Made by a program: the position numbers and the translations under genes
Assembly (NCBI RefSeq): GCF_041956535.1
Contig: NW_027192199.1
Location: 124,001 to 188,000 of the forward strand
Reading direction: 5' to 3'
Length of the DNA stretch: 64,000 nucleotides
Source of the DNA: Calcarisporiella thermophila CBS 279.70
Lineage: Eukaryota; Fungi; Calcarisporiellomycota
Shown: positions 28,864 through 42,996 of the stretch, piece after piece
Position numbering within the stretch: the first letter of the stretch is position 1
Layout: every line of letters starts with the position of its first letter
The notes under the pieces: model-generated
Database searches by the model: none
Told to the model about the DNA's origin: nothing
The model's input: only the letters and a program-made list of their open reading frames with translations

Positions 28864-29323
28864 TTCCCCCCGTTATAGCATTTTCTCAATAGTATTGGGC
28901 GGAACATTAATATTTTTATGTTTATACTTTTTTCGTGTGCATTTCCTTCTGCAAATGTGATGAAAAGATCGGGGGATTTTAAAGTATCAATTCGCTACCA
29001 TGACTCTAATCTGCGAATCAGTTTCGCTTTTATTATTCTTCTCTTGTCCTTATTGTGTACTATTGAAAAGAAGATCTAATTTTTCTTGGAAAAATATCAA
29101 TATTAAAATATATCCCTGTTTTATATAAAGAGTATAAAATCATAATGGCTCAGATAAAATGATCAACTTGAAATAGAGACTAAAAGAAAATATAATACTT
29201 ACTGGAAAAAAAAACAGTAGAGAAAGAGGTAAAAAAAACAAGAAATATGCAAGTGACGGCAGAAAGGTATAGATTATATATATATGTATATAATTATCAT
29301 ATGGGAAAATTCATTTAAAAAAT

Positions 29324-32300
29324 CTACCTCAAATCTACCTCCTCAGCTTCGCTCTTTCCCGCACTCCATCCAACCTCCGTAGATCTTTCACCATATGATG
29401 AAGATGTGCCATCATCAGCATCGCATTCCCCATGCATTGTACCTGTAAACTCTGCACTCATTCTCTCTCCTCTCCCAGCCCCATTGTTCAGTGAACCACT
29501 GCTAATGCTGTAGAGGCCGCTCATCCGACCCGATGGTGTTGGAATAATAGGTCGGGCCGTGGGGAACTGAGAGTTTCGTGTTGGATGTCTTGGGGAGTAA
29601 TAGGAGGTTCTGTTGCCCGATTGATAGAGGTTATTCGGGGTTATTGCTCTAGAGTTTCGCGGAGATGCAGGAGGAATCCACCCAGCGGCAGAAGACAATC
29701 GGGAAGCGGCATTAACTGTGCCAATAGTACCTCCACCGGCAACCGTATTCGGTCCTATGTCCGGGCTCGAGCCATTGGTAGTCGTAGCCAGTGAGCTAGG
29801 AGACGAAATTCGTTCGGGGGACATCAACCCTCCTTGGTCATCACCTACGATGGTTGAGTTACTCGACATTTTCGCAAGCGATCTTGGGGTAGATTTCTTT
29901 CCAAGCCCAAGGCGCTCTCGCTCCCATTCCTCCCACTTTCGCATAACGATCATCGAAAAGTCAAATTCTCCTTCCTTTTTACCGTGGTCGTCTTTGCCGC
30001 TATCGCCCGCCACCATACGGGTTTGTCCCCATGAGAAATCATCGAAATGCCAGTACGCGTATGTCGGAAGCACACAATTCCAAATGGGCAGCGCGAGCAA
30101 GTATACAATCATCCAGCCGACATACACTATTTTACGGGTCGTGATGACGATAAGCACGGCAGGCAGACCAAGAATTGCGGCCAAAAGCAGAAGCGGGATG
30201 ATCTGTGGGTTTTGGGTGACAAAGGATGAGATAATGAGCCATCCGGTAAAGCAGATGGCAGCCGGTAGCACTATTGTCCCGATAAGCTCAACAAACACTG
30301 CGAATTGCATCGATAAACAGGCAATCCCGCAAAGATCTGATACAAGCACCAGCTCCATGAGGTTATGGATGGTGGAGTTAATCCATCTCCGCCGCTGACT
30401 CAATAGAACACGAAATGTATCTGGAACGACGGTTTTGCAGACGGCCTGGGGAACAAACATCATCTGTCTTTTTGGGAACGTGCGTAACATCAGAGTGGAG
30501 AGAAATCTATCCTCACCGAGAAGTAGCAAATTTTTCTGGTGCAATGTAGTGACAACATTTTGGTTATACTCGAGGAGGATGTCAGGATTTGCGAGGATAG
30601 GAACCCAGGCACCATTTTTGGGGGCTTTGATACGATACATGCAAAAACAGCCAGGAAGACAGGTCACACCGCCAAAGGTAGACTCGAAAGCCTTCGCGTA
30701 GTGATGGTTGATGTAGTATTCGAACACCTGAATCATGGTTACCCAGGATTGCTTCTTATTAGCGATCCGTGTCTCCCCGCAGAGCCCCATGATTGTAACG
30801 TCGTTCGCCATTGCAGAGACCATATGCGACAATGAGTCGGGCGCGACCCTCGTGTCCGCGTCCACCATAAGCACCAGCTCAAACTTGTCCGGCGTAACTC
30901 CTCCCAGGACCCATTGCATCTTCCAAAACAACTCATAGTCAAGCTCCGTGAGGCGGTCGTTAAAAAGTATTCGCTGAAAAAACGACATTAGGATGACCTG
31001 AGAGTCTCGCTTGCCTCGATTCCCAGGCTTGGGTTGGGATGCTTCTGCTGGGGTACCGCATTTCACAACGACAATGGTGGGAACCCATACATTCGAGTAA
31101 ACGTAGTGACCAGCATATACTTTTGCCATATTCAGCTGTCGTTCTCCGTCGGCAATCGCGATATAAGAGCATGCTTTTGGATCCTTCATATCGTCTTCTA
31201 AGGTGAGCATCGAGATCACCATATCAGGCGTTGAGCGTTCATTCCCTGACCCGGTAATAAGACCATCGCAGACGACAAAAAGCAATTTGTGTTGCTCCGA
31301 ATAGGTAGTTGCAGCAAGGGAGTCAAACGTGCTTCGTAGACCAGATTCACCCTCCGAGTAGCAAGTCACCAGCATCACGGTATAAAGATCCGTTTCTAGT
31401 TCTTCAACTTTTGGCTTTGCGAGTTTGTTCTTCCCGTTTCCATATGTGTCGTAAAAGCTAGCCATTGATTCTGGCCGCTGCAGGCTTTTTCGCTGTTGCT
31501 TGTGTTTCCCACTGGAATTAGATCCCCAATGTAATCCATGTCGGCCCGCCGGTTTCACCAGCCGCGGGGATATACACCAACTAAACAAAAATGCCATCAC
31601 AAATCGGACGACTATTAGTGTTACAATTACTGCGAGCGACACGTTCATGATGATATTAGAAGCAAAGCATCCTATCGTATCGCGCGAAAGTGTCCCAACG
31701 CTATACCGTGTTTGCAAACAACGCATAGCCTCTTTAGTGTCACCGTGCGCTGCAAAACTAGCTGTGCTATCGCGACCAATATTTTTTACGATAGTGGTGT
31801 GGATTTGAGGTCCAAAATATAGATCATTGCGATTCAGATAACTCGACATATTAAGAACTACATGCAAATGGGATATGGGAATCCATGTTCAGCTCTTCCA
31901 GAGTGAAAAATAAACCCATTTGGAAAAGAAACACTCACTGTTATTATTCATGACCATAAGTGCCGGGGTCGGGTCCAAATTATTTGGCCGTAGATTATAC
32001 CATTCAAAATACAAAGTGCCTAGAGAGCGTAGGCGTTGAGGTCCCCTTGTCAGCCATTCCAGAGGAATGCATTCGCCAGCCGGCCGCTGGATAGAGCCTC
32101 CATAAGGACTATTCACAATACAGTTTTTGCTCGATGCGGAACCAGAGGTTTTGTCGAATTTTTGGCAATAGCCCTGTGTACCGTCAAAGAGACCTGACAA
32201 ATCCACGCCCTTGTAATCATTTACCAGGTTGATTCCGATTTGAGGAAGGGCAAGGAAATTGCGCATATCTTCGAACCCATATAGTTCGCCGTAAACTATC

Positions 32301-33143
32301 ACATCTTCTCGCCATATTTTTGAGAGGGTGCCGTTCGGAAATTGCTCTGTATATGAAAAAGAGACGCGTTGTTGGGGGCACAGGGCGGGCTGAAGCGCAA
32401 AAGTGAGAAAAGCGAGCAAGCCACAGAAGAAGAGGATTATTAGGCACAGGGTTACCTAATATCAATTTAATTGTAAAGGTTTCAGTTCGACTAGAATATT
32501 CAGAAACACATGCTAAAGATTAAACTACTTTTTCACGCCATGCCTGCTGCATGTGCGGATCTGCTTTCCCACAAGAGCGAAGAACGAATCCCGGGACACA
32601 ACAGGTTACAGCCCATGAAAACCAGGTCCATGGCCGAAATCGGCATGGTGTGAATTTGTTCCCTCCGGAGTTCACATTTCCTTGTGGCGACTTTGTTGGC
32701 GCAACCAAAGGTCGTTGTTGGCGTCGGACCGAAGCTGTTCTCTCGTAAGATTGTATCGGATTGGCTGGATTCTCACCTATCATTGGGACGCGAGCGCGTT
32801 GACGTTCAGGACGAGTCAAAGACCGATGGCGATGAATTTGCGCGCGGGTATTCGCGTTTGGCGAATTTTGATTGGTCTCATTATAGTCAAACTGTACACT
32901 GCGGTTTTGCCTTCGAGGCCTGTACTCTACACGGTGGGGTGGTGGAGGGGGTGGGGGGGAACCGCTATTATTGGTTGTGCCTTTGTGCGGGACGTAGGTA
33001 TAACCTAGTGGAATATTATCATCATTCCGAGATGAATTAGGTCTACGCCGTTGTCTCTGGGGAGGATTCGAGGAGATATCGGTACGTGTCTGCAGGCGCG
33101 AATGTGGGCTTGGATAGTGATGTTGTGGTAAATAGGAAGACAT
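29324..33143 (-). CDS. Chitin synthase, class IV (Chs3-like), 3 exons
   Basis: [56 protein letters not shown]. Confidence 0.93.
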
Positions 33144-33617
33144 GGTGTGCCGTTGCCGGCGTTCGGGATGGTATAAGATGTTTTGGATTCCTTAAACTTA
33201 TTAAGAGACAAGTAAGGTAGAAATTGTAAGCCAGTTGGGATTGGAATTATAATGTTGCCACTCTAGAATAAAGTGGAAGCGCAAGAGAATTCCCCTTTCT
33301 TTTCCGAAAATTGAAAAAAGTTAAGGATCTTCTAAGTATTGCTTATCTTAGTTCCAGAAAATCCTAGTAAAATTAAGGAGATTCTATGAGACCAAAAAAT
33401 GAGAAAGAATATCCCCTGGGCGGGAAAAAAAAGGAAAAAAGGCAAAGAACTATAAAAAAATTGGCACTAAATGCAGCTAAAAAAAAATTAGATAAGTCTG
33501 ATCCAGTCCAAAAATAACGTACAAGCCACAACCGCCGCAGTGGGATTCAGAAACAGTCACAGTTTACTTGAACTTGATGAGCATTTTGAGATAGTGTCCA
33601 GTACCTTCTTCAATAAC

Positions 33618-35595
33618 ATGCCGAAGAGGGCTCCAAATACCATTAATAGCGCCCCATCAGCGCCAACTATGGCGGAGTTTGATCCTACAGGCGAGTTGCT
33701 TGCTCTGTCGGTCGACCATAGGTTACGTATCCTAGAGTCGGATTCGATGCGCTACGAATATTCTGCTGAGGAGGCGATCACTTGTATCTCATGGACTAGT
33801 TTAAATCTAAATGAGGCAGTAAGTAATTCTGTACTATGATGTTGGATATTTAGCTGAAGTTAATCGTTGTCATATATTAGTCACGAAAAAGGAGAAAGCG
33901 GAAAGCAGCTTCTGAAGCTGCACCCGAAAAAGCCATTTCCCTCGGCCTTGTTAATGGTAGCGTAGTTATTTGTTCAGCACGCACTGCGAAAGAGCAAAAA
34001 TGCCTGAAACCTCGAGTAGAAGGCTCGATTGTTGATATCAAATTCACTCGTGATGGAAGTCGCGCATATGGTCTGATTGAATCAGGACATGTGGTAGAAT
34101 GGGAGACAGAGCAAGGGGAAAGTTTAGCGTGCGTATTTTACAGAGCAACATGGGTGAATTTTAACTGCCCACTAACTCATATTTCTTTTGAAATGCAGAT
34201 CTTGGGATTCAGGCGTCAAAAATGCAAAATGTCTGGGGCTTATCCATGGAGAGTCGAGACTATTAGTTGCCGGTGAAAGATTAGTACAGTTTGAGTTGGA
34301 GACGAAGAAAGTAATTAAAGTATGTCTCTTCTCCCCTTTCATTCTACTTTTTCGTATTTAATTTGTGTAATTATTCTTCATTTCAGGGATTTGCAGAAAC
34401 CGACTTACCCATTACTCATATGTGCATATCGGACGACGGCACATATTGTATTTATGTCGCGGAAACCCAACTCAGCATTTGGAACCTCGATGATGACACC
34501 ATAAAAATTGTCACACTCCCCTCTCGGCCAATCCGTCTCGCATTTTCCTCCAATCAACCCATTTTCCTTATCCTCACCGACGAAGGCACACTCGTGCTCT
34601 TTTCAGCAGTCTCACTAGAACAGATGAGTATCCGCGTGGAGGGTACCCCAGTGATTGCGGGTGGTTTTAGTGAGCGCAATAATGACATTGTGATTGCATG
34701 GGGCAAGGGCATCAAACTCACTTTGGAACGAGTACGTTATATGAGCGAAGAAACAAGTGAATTCATCGGAGACGTGACACTGACACGTGAAATGGCCAAG
34801 TCCGCCCCCAGTACGCATAAAGATACAAGTGAAGAAGAATTGGAACCAACTCTTGAAGAAAAGCTCCAAGGCATTGAACGGGTTTCTGAAGGTGAGGCGA
34901 CTTCAAATAATCCATCGCCTCTGTCGCTTAAGTTGCGCACCCCAGGCGTCTCTATTCACGAAGAGATCATGGATGTGTTTTCTCGCAACAATGGAAACGA
35001 TGCTGCTATCCGAAAGGACTTTGAAGCTATGGGACTTGGAGAGGCGCATGCGGATTCGATCCGCGCAACCGTTGCACGGTTACCCGAACAAATTGTTCGA
35101 AAGCTGGCTCTTTACCTCGCCGGAGCTATTGAAGAGCGGCCTTCGCGAGCAATGAAGCTCGTGGGATGGTTGCGTGCACTCCTTATGATGTCATCGGGCT
35201 GCCTTCTTAGTGATGGAGAAGTGTTTGGCCGCCTCTCAAAAATGCAACGCGGTTTGGCGGCGCGCCGAAAGCTGCACCAGAAATTAATGGGTGTGCAGGG
35301 AAGATTAGATTTGGTGATTGCACAAATCACAGCACGAGAGCAAGTGGTGGAGGGCAATGAAGACGAAGGTGTGTTGATAGACGGCGAGGTGGATGAGGAT
35401 GAAGAAGTCGAAGCAGTTGAGCTGGAGAGTATGGCTGGATTGGGAAGTGAAGATGGCGAAGGTGATGAGGATGAAGTAGATGAGGAGTTGGTAGGAGATG
35501 CGGATGCATTTGAGGAAGAGGAAGAGCTGGAAAGCGAGGTGGAAGAAGAGGAGGAAGAAGAGGATGAGGATGAGGACGAAGAAGGCTCGTCCTAA
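33618..35595 (+). CDS. UTP5: SSU processome subunit Utp5/WDR43-like (WD40 plus Utp12 domain, acidic tail)
   Basis: N-terminal WD-like repeats, EPTLEEKL, IRATVARLP...WLRALL...KLMGVQGRLDLV, long Glu/Asp tail. Confidence 0.75.
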
Positions 35596-36050
35596 CTGTA
35601 TAGAGTTAGGCCATTTCATATCTATCAAAACCGCTCTTTAATTTTTCTCCATGTTATGTTTTGTTTTGTTAGAACATCGATTTGGCCAAATAAAAAGACA
35701 TTAAATGGCATAATTTTTGATATTTAACTTCGACAGAGTCCTCCATCCGGTCCTATTTTGGAATATGGAGAGTCGGCTCCGCATATTTGTTACCTCATTA
35801 TCGCTGTCATTTGGCGGGTGTTTTTTCTTTTCTTTTAATTACTAAAGATCCTTTAAACTAAAAGAATAAGTAGCCTGAAAATATTATTGCTGGATAGTAT
35901 TGAACACTGCATAAAGTTATACATGACTGAGAAATAGAAATAGAATTAATCAATTGAGTATAATATATATATGTGTGGATGGATGTTGGTTGTATTTATA
36001 CCACCAGTTTTAGGGTTGGTTAGAAATTAAACTATCACAACTTCATCTAT

Positions 36051-38599
36051 TTACTCCTCGTGGTGACCAATTTGTAAGCCTGGTCCCACCGAAACAAAGT
36101 TGTGTTTTTTGTCTCCATTGGTCATTATATCGTCATGGTGACCGCTGTCTCTAACTCGAGACCTAACCTCGTTGCTAAGTGGGCCGGTCTCTCTCCTATC
36201 TTCGCGGCGTTCGCGAGTCTCTTGCCCTCTCTGCTGAACATCCTGGGCTTTCTCCTCTAGATTTTTCGCTTTCTCAGCGGCTTGCTCGCGTTTCTCGGAT
36301 GCTTTCTGCGCAGCCTGCTTATTAAGTGCAACGATCTGCCGATCAATCGCCGTAATCCCCCGTCGAATCGATTCTTCAATTGCCTTCCGTGCCTGTTTTT
36401 TCGCCACGGATTTAATAATGGGGTTGAGTATCTTATAAAGGAAGCTAGGGAAAGAAAATGGGCAAGAGATGTTATATCAATAAAGCGCATAATTGGGGAG
36501 GAGAGCTGAGCAGAGAGACACGAAGAAATTCACTTACTCTCGTGAGGTGTCGTGAAGCTTCAGTTTCATGGACGAAATGGTGACCTTGCAACTCTCCAGG
36601 TCCAAGGCATGCTCCTTCTCGTACCTGGGGCGCAATACCAAATCGACCGTAATACCGCGTCCAGGAATCACTATGTCAGCCAGGCCAATTTCACGCATGC
36701 GCGGGAAACCCTTCTTCTTGTTGAGATAAAAGCTCACGTCTTTTGCCGCCGCTTGCACGTGGGACAACGTCATATGAAGTCGATTCTCAAAGTCAAATTC
36801 CGTTCCGGCCTTAGCATGGAAGCGAGCGTCGGTGCGGAAACGAACATAGCTAGGAAGGATGTGCGTGATTCCTAGCACAATATTCTCCACGCGGTAATCA
36901 GCATCCTTGTTTGAACCTTCAATTGCTGGAAGAGGAATGTATTTGAGCTCCTCGGCGATCAGGGGGAGTAGCATAGCGAAATCGCGTGCTAGCCCAGGTT
37001 TGAATGACGCCTTCCCCTCGGAATTGAGGAAGAGATCCCGGCCAAGTTGCTCAAAGTCACGACCTAGCTGAGAGGTCAATTCGTCACTGCGCAACGCTTG
37101 AATGAAGTCGGTGGCCGCATCGGACAATCTGTTCACATGGTCTCGGTGCTTCTCCACGAGAACGTGGCGGGCCCGCTCAATCAACTCTGAGCCAGTTTCC
37201 TTGTACTTGGTCTCACGCACGTACTGCTCATCTCGCAGAGACTTCTCTACAAACGTGTACAAGTCCTTTTGCCATTGGTCCAGCTCTTTGTCAGTGCGTG
37301 CATCATTGATGAGGTCTGTGAAGGCATTTTCAAGGGGGCGCAAAGATTTGCCGCCCGCAAAGTTCTCAATCAACTCGATCGCGCTCTCACGAGCAATTCT
37401 CGCATCGGATTTGGCCCCCTGTTTGCTCAACTGTTCGTCGGTTTCGGGAGCCGTTTTCAGGCGATCGCTCGCCGCTAAAATACGCTGCTTCAACTCGCTA
37501 AGCAGTTGAAGAAAATCTTCAAGCGCTTCGCGATACTCGTTTTTGCTGTGAGCTTCTAACATGATCCCACGGAAGCGTTCAGTGAGCTGGTCACGCTGCT
37601 CTGGAGTAAATTCGATCGAGGTTGCAGCCTCTCGCACGTTCGTGGCAATTTCTTTCGCGCTCGCACCCACAACATCTTTCAATTTGGCGTCTCCTGACTC
37701 ATAGCGCTCGAAATGAGGCGCAACGATTTCCTTTGCAGAGGAGGCGAGAGGGCGGATACTGGTACGAGCAGTTTTCTCCATATCACTCTTAATCCCCTCC
37801 CTGGTCGCCTCCTGGTCAGCTTGGGTGTCATTAGAGGTGTTCGGGGTGGACTCTGTAACAGAGACGAAGCGATCGCCGGGCTGATGGTTGAGACGCTCGT
37901 TGCGAGGGACCCGCGAGCGTACAGTGTCCTGGGCAATGTTATTGATATCGTTGATAAGCTTGCGGAACTGAGTGGAGGTGATTAGGATTCGCGCAACATG
38001 CAGAGCCTTGGTACTACTTAGGTGCGCAATCTCCGCCGTGGAGTGGTCGTGCTCCGAGCCGGAGGCCACAGCCGCAGCTTCTTCGGCATGCCTCTTGGCG
38101 GGGCCTAAAGATAGGATGAGGTTAGTATGGTTCGTCTCAACCGCATTATGTATAGCTGTCTATCTGTGATATATTAATTAGTTTACCTTTGAGGTTTCCG
38201 CCTGCTCGGGTCGCGTGAAACACGCTTCGTTGGAGCTGGCCGTGCTTGTTCTTCTCCTGGATGACCTCCTTCATGGTAGCCACAATTCTGTCCACCGAAC
38301 GCATCGCCTGCTTGCCGTCGTCCGACATCTTTTCACGTATTTTCTGGTATTTTTCATTTGAAGAGATGGAGTCAAGGCCACTGAGGATGGCTTCATTGGA
38401 GGGCAGCTGTCCACGCCTATTAGCATGAGGATTATGGTGATTAAAATCGATGGAGTGGAGCAGCCCAGGCAACCAGCTCAAATACTCACTTTGCCTCTGC
38501 AGAAAGCTCCGTTACCTGCCGCTTTCGCTCCAGGGCCTTTTCCTTATTGACATCCTCCATTCGAACATCCGTCGTTGGTTTTGGGATTTTGTTATCCAT
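36051..38599 (-). CDS. Fungal HAM1-like / DUF4449-type protein (helical N-part, BPI/TULIP-like C-part)
   Basis: GQLPSNE, RILITSTQFRKLIND, YIPLPAIE.S..D.DY.VENIVL, VSFYLNKKKGFPRMREIGLADI, FLYKILNP. Confidence 0.65.
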
Positions 38600-39065
38600 T
38601 TTCTAGTTTGTAGATTGCCGTAATTTTAACAAGGGTTAAGATATGCAGCTATAATAGAAAATAGAAACGATAAAAGAACGAGGATCTGAGGGGGAAAGGA
38701 TGTCTCGCCGAGCATTTTATTGGAATTCTAAGTGGCAACTTTAATAAACTGAATTTGGACTAGTGAATTTCGAGTGACGCCGATTGAAATCGTTCAAGAC
38801 GCCAACCGAGTATCCACTCTATTTTGTAATATAGAGTTATATGAAAATACTCGCCTCCCCTTCTTGGGATAACCCGATGTAATGGCGGACAATGCGCAAA
38901 CCATTGAACAAATTTTGCCATCATTGCATTCATTCTTAATTCGGATTTAATCTTTATGTGCAAATGCGAAATAAATACAGCTCGATGCAAGTAAATCAAC
39001 AATAGCATTGCATACGGGAAAAAAAAAATTAACATTATAATACAACAGATAATAAGCAATAGCCG

Positions 39066-40339
39066 TTAGCTACTAGTGGGGCCAACCATGGGTAATTCAT
39101 GGTGGCTCTTCATCAAGCTCTGGTGGTCATCTCGGTGAAAACTTCTAGCGCTGTCTCTTCGACCTATATCAAGGCCCAAAATTTCCGCAAGCTCCTCCTT
39201 AGCGTCCCGATGCTCCTTCCTGGCTACGCACAAATATATATTCATATAGGTCTTATACTCTTCGAATTCATCCAGACATTCAAGGACCTTGGCCTCAATC
39301 TCCTCGTTGGTGGTGTTATTCATCGACTGAAGCATTGCGGGGCGTAGAGCTCTCATGGCGGAAATGAAATCGGTCCGCGCCATCTCACCGCACCATCCCC
39401 CCCATCTACCGAGAGGCACGCTGACGTAGGAACTCCGCGCGGCTTCGCTCTTAAAGCCAGCACTACTTAGGTGCTCCACCATTTTGCGCCCCAGAACCGG
39501 ATCGATTCCATTTTTCTTTAAACAGGCCCACATTTCATTGTTCAAGCTGGTGAACGCCGGCCCACGCTGCCTGAATTCCAGATCATATTCAATCCATTCA
39601 ATAGAGCCGCCGGGTTTCAGCACACGTCTCAACTCCTTCAATACCCATCGCCATTGGCTGGAAGTGAACGCGAGCCCCATGGCGCGCATATAAATGTAAT
39701 CAAAGTGTTCGTTGGGGAAAGGCAGAGGCTTTCCCAGGTTGACTTGACGAAAGATGCAGTTGGTGGGGTGGAGGTTCGGCAGCGGAAGCAGCTGCGAACA
39801 AATATCCACGCCAATGAAGGTGGACTTGCGGTATTTGGCGGCCATTTCCATCGTCCAGCTTCCTGGTCCGCAGCCAGCATCCAGGACACGGATGCCTTCC
39901 TCAAGCTCCTTTTGAACTGGCGCGCTAAAGTTCCTATAAATATAAACCCCATGAGGATCACCCCAAGGATGGAAACCCAGCAAGTTGTGGCGCAGCCCCT
40001 TACCCGGATAACAGGTTTTTGTAGACGTAGTGACGCGCCTGCAGTCTGCCGGCTTCCTCTTCGTCCTGGGGAAGAATGTATCTTAAACCTATATGACAAC
40101 GCTCGTGTCAATAGCCCAGCTCTTCCTCCGCGTTGCTCTGACAAAGGCTTACCTCTTATGTTGAGAAGCTTTCGCCCGTGGACAATACGGCAATCTTGGC
40201 CTTCGCCCTCAAAGTTGAACTTGGCCGACTTTGCCAGCGGCTTTCTCTTCAGGGGGATTCTCCCTCTCTTCTCTATCGGGCCCACCTTATCCTCGCACTT
40301 GCTCTGACGATAGTTCAAGGCCGACTTGGTATTTCCCAT
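39066..40339 (-). CDS. Class I SAM-dependent methyltransferase (LaeA-like), 3 exons
   Basis: YILPQDEEEAGRL..HY, NFSAP, VLDAGCGPGSW, LPFPNEHFDYI, ELRRVLKPGG.IE. Confidence 0.88.
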
Positions 40340-42996
40340 TTCGACAGGTGAGGTTATCTTGAAGAGTACTTTGGACAGGAAAGGAACAGCGCACCACGAG
40401 GAATATATAGCTTGAGCCTGGGATGTTTCAACTGCAAACGCACATGAAACAATTAATTCACGTCTTATCCTCACTGCCCTTTTTTCATATTTTGATTGCC
40501 CCCAACTTGTTTGTTTAATCGCCAAATTGGCCAATGGGCTTTCGAGCTCACGTGTGCTCAATCCCATCAATCTCGAGCAATGCCAACAAGGTTTCAACCA
40601 CCATGTTTCAACTAAGTTTAATATCCAAGATTAAGATTACAAGCCATAGGTGCAATAGACTGACTTTGTTATTGCTTTTCTCCACCACAAACGCCAGTCT
40701 TACTCCCCACTGCTCGGTCGCAAGAAAAACAACGAAAGGGGGAAGGATGGGCGCGATAGTGGACCCGTGGAGCTTTACTGCCCCCCATTTCTCATAATAA
40801 TATTAATGAGCCTGGCCGTGAATTAACCAACCCTCTGGCTTAATTGTGAAGTCAGCTAATTGGGCCGAAGCGGGCGTCCGGAGATGAGGGTGGCCGGCTT
40901 CGGGCTTGAGGCTCCGAGGCGGCCGGCAAGCGTTGCCCTGGGGGCAAGCGCACCTAAAGAAAAGAGCAATATTGGGATGTCCAGGCCATGAGAACCGTGC
41001 ACAAAACCGACAGAACCAGAAGTGGAGTCGAAACGACAGGACCCAAACTTGACTCTCCGCACCTTCTTCTGGAGAATGTGCCTGGATGAATCCCAACCGA
41101 CCGATTCTGTACGTCACCAACACCCATCGGCCATATATGGATGCTTTGGAGATTTTTGTTTGGCGAGAAACAGGAATCCTGGCCTATCGTCTGACACTCA
41201 GCTTAGCTGGGGCTAACACAAACTCTACCAAACCGGTCGACGTTGTGCTCATAGCTCATTTGTCCACCAAACTCTCTGCTTGTATGGGCAGCGAGGACAC
41301 AAAGGGGCTGTCTAGCATTCCAAAATCTTCCCGCACTCGACACCAACCAAACTCCGAATCATGATCGTGATCGTGCATTTCGATTGAGCAGATCTTCTCT
41401 GTGGAAACAACTGATGATAGCTGGGCGAGTGTGGACGGGGATCAATGGGCTTGCAGAAAAAGGCCTAGACATGCGATAAATCCACTCCCGCACGACAAAC
41501 ATCGAGGCCCGTGAGCAGGTTTGCACAGCGGCCAACCACCGCGCTCAGCACCCAGCGTCTTCTCCGTGTTCGTCTTTGGCGCGCGAGTCGATTCTCTTCA
41601 GGGTAGCCTGCAAGGGTGCGCATCGCGCAAGACTTGCCAAAGGCGGGGACGAGAAGGCTGATCTCGTTTCCGCATTTGCCCTGCCCTGCTATGCTCAGGT
41701 ACTCGACCACATACTTGCGGTAACTCGAGAGTCTGTAAGAGACCTGGCCAAAGAGGTTCCACTCTAAGATTGCTGGGAAAGGCAATAGGGTTGCCTTGAC
41801 GATGTGATGTTGGGTCTAAATTAACGGCTCAAACATGTTTGTTTGTAACCATCCCACATTAGCGCTTTTGGCGCACGGCATTGGGCGGGCTCCGAGGATG
41901 GGGTGAGAAAATAAGGAGGAACCGAAATTGAGTGATTCAAATGGGAAAAGGCAGTCAAAGGAGGGGAGGAGGAGAAATGAAAATGGGGTGGATGAAGGGC
42001 GAAACGCACAAGATAGCCCAGCAAGCTATGGCCGTCTCCACCGTGCAAGCGCCAGATTCCCAGGCTGAGTTTTTCACCGAAATAGCGGTAGATATTTCCT
42101 TGGCTGCTCCACTTTCATTACGATCTTGATTAGATAGAATGTTATCTAGATTCAGACACACTTGCAATCATTCTGAAAACGCTCCCCTGTGGCCTCGGCA
42201 ACCTACTGGTGCTTGAGTTGAGCGGAAACTGATACAGTACCGAGCCAAAACAGGTGATCAATAAGGGGTATTCGTCCATGGCTACTACTTTTCAAGTAGA
42301 CTGTTTACCCTCCCTAGAGCTTAGGCGTGGAAATACCACTTGAGAGAAATTGATATTTTCCAGTGGCTTTCCGCGTCCATTTTAGACAGAGAGGGATAAA
42401 GTATTTGGCAAAACATGTGTAGTATACGAACAAATGAAAAACAAGTCCCCCTTAAATGTTATATCAGGTAGATGAATTAAAACTATGATTCTATTGAGCA
42501 GCATGAGGTGGATCTAACGAGGTAGTTGCCCACGATCCATTGATTTTCAAAATGATAATGTGGCCTTAATGCTTATCCAGAATTTTGTTAGACGCTCTTA
42601 TCATGATTGGCTAAATCTTGCATCTCCATAATGTGATGTGAGGAAGCAAGGTGTGCATGGTGAGCAAGGGGACTTCAAAGCACGATAATCCTACATGACC
42701 GTGTCATGTTTTTAACATCATCGTTCGCCAGCTGGATTAGTTTGTTCGCCTGCCCGAGGAATATCGCGGTATTGGATGACGCCGCAGCAATATACAGAAA
42801 TAGATATATTAGAAACCTTTGGTAAAAAAAAACTCCACCGTTTTTAAAAATTTTGTACCATCGTTTCTCTAAAGTTTTCATCATCTTTAGTCCAACTTCT
42901 TCTTTTTCATTTTTTTGTCGCATCTCTCATTGCATTTTCTCATATTACCTTCTTTTCTCATTCTATTTGTGTTAGTCGCGCGCTGATAATTCTATA

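Noticed and set aside
39638-40597. 319-aa ORF in the track
   Set aside because: Read-through of methyltransferase exon 1 into introns and the wrong frame; the spliced model explains the region.
41779-41797. AACCCTA on the minus strand as a possible telomerase RNA template
   Set aside because: Too short for about 1.5 repeats, largely buried in the AAGGCAA/TTGCCTT hairpin, and no pseudoknot seen.
40800-41820. GC-rich stretch with several 60-106 aa ORFs and a hairpin near 40862-40907
   Set aside because: No recognisable motifs or consistent exon structure; hairpins are expected at this GC content.
42443-42675. AAGTCCCC...GGGGACTT pair reminiscent of RNase MRP P4 or MITE ends
   Set aside because: Lacks the bulged-U P4 geometry and other conserved regions, and no TSD; an 8-10 bp match can arise by chance.
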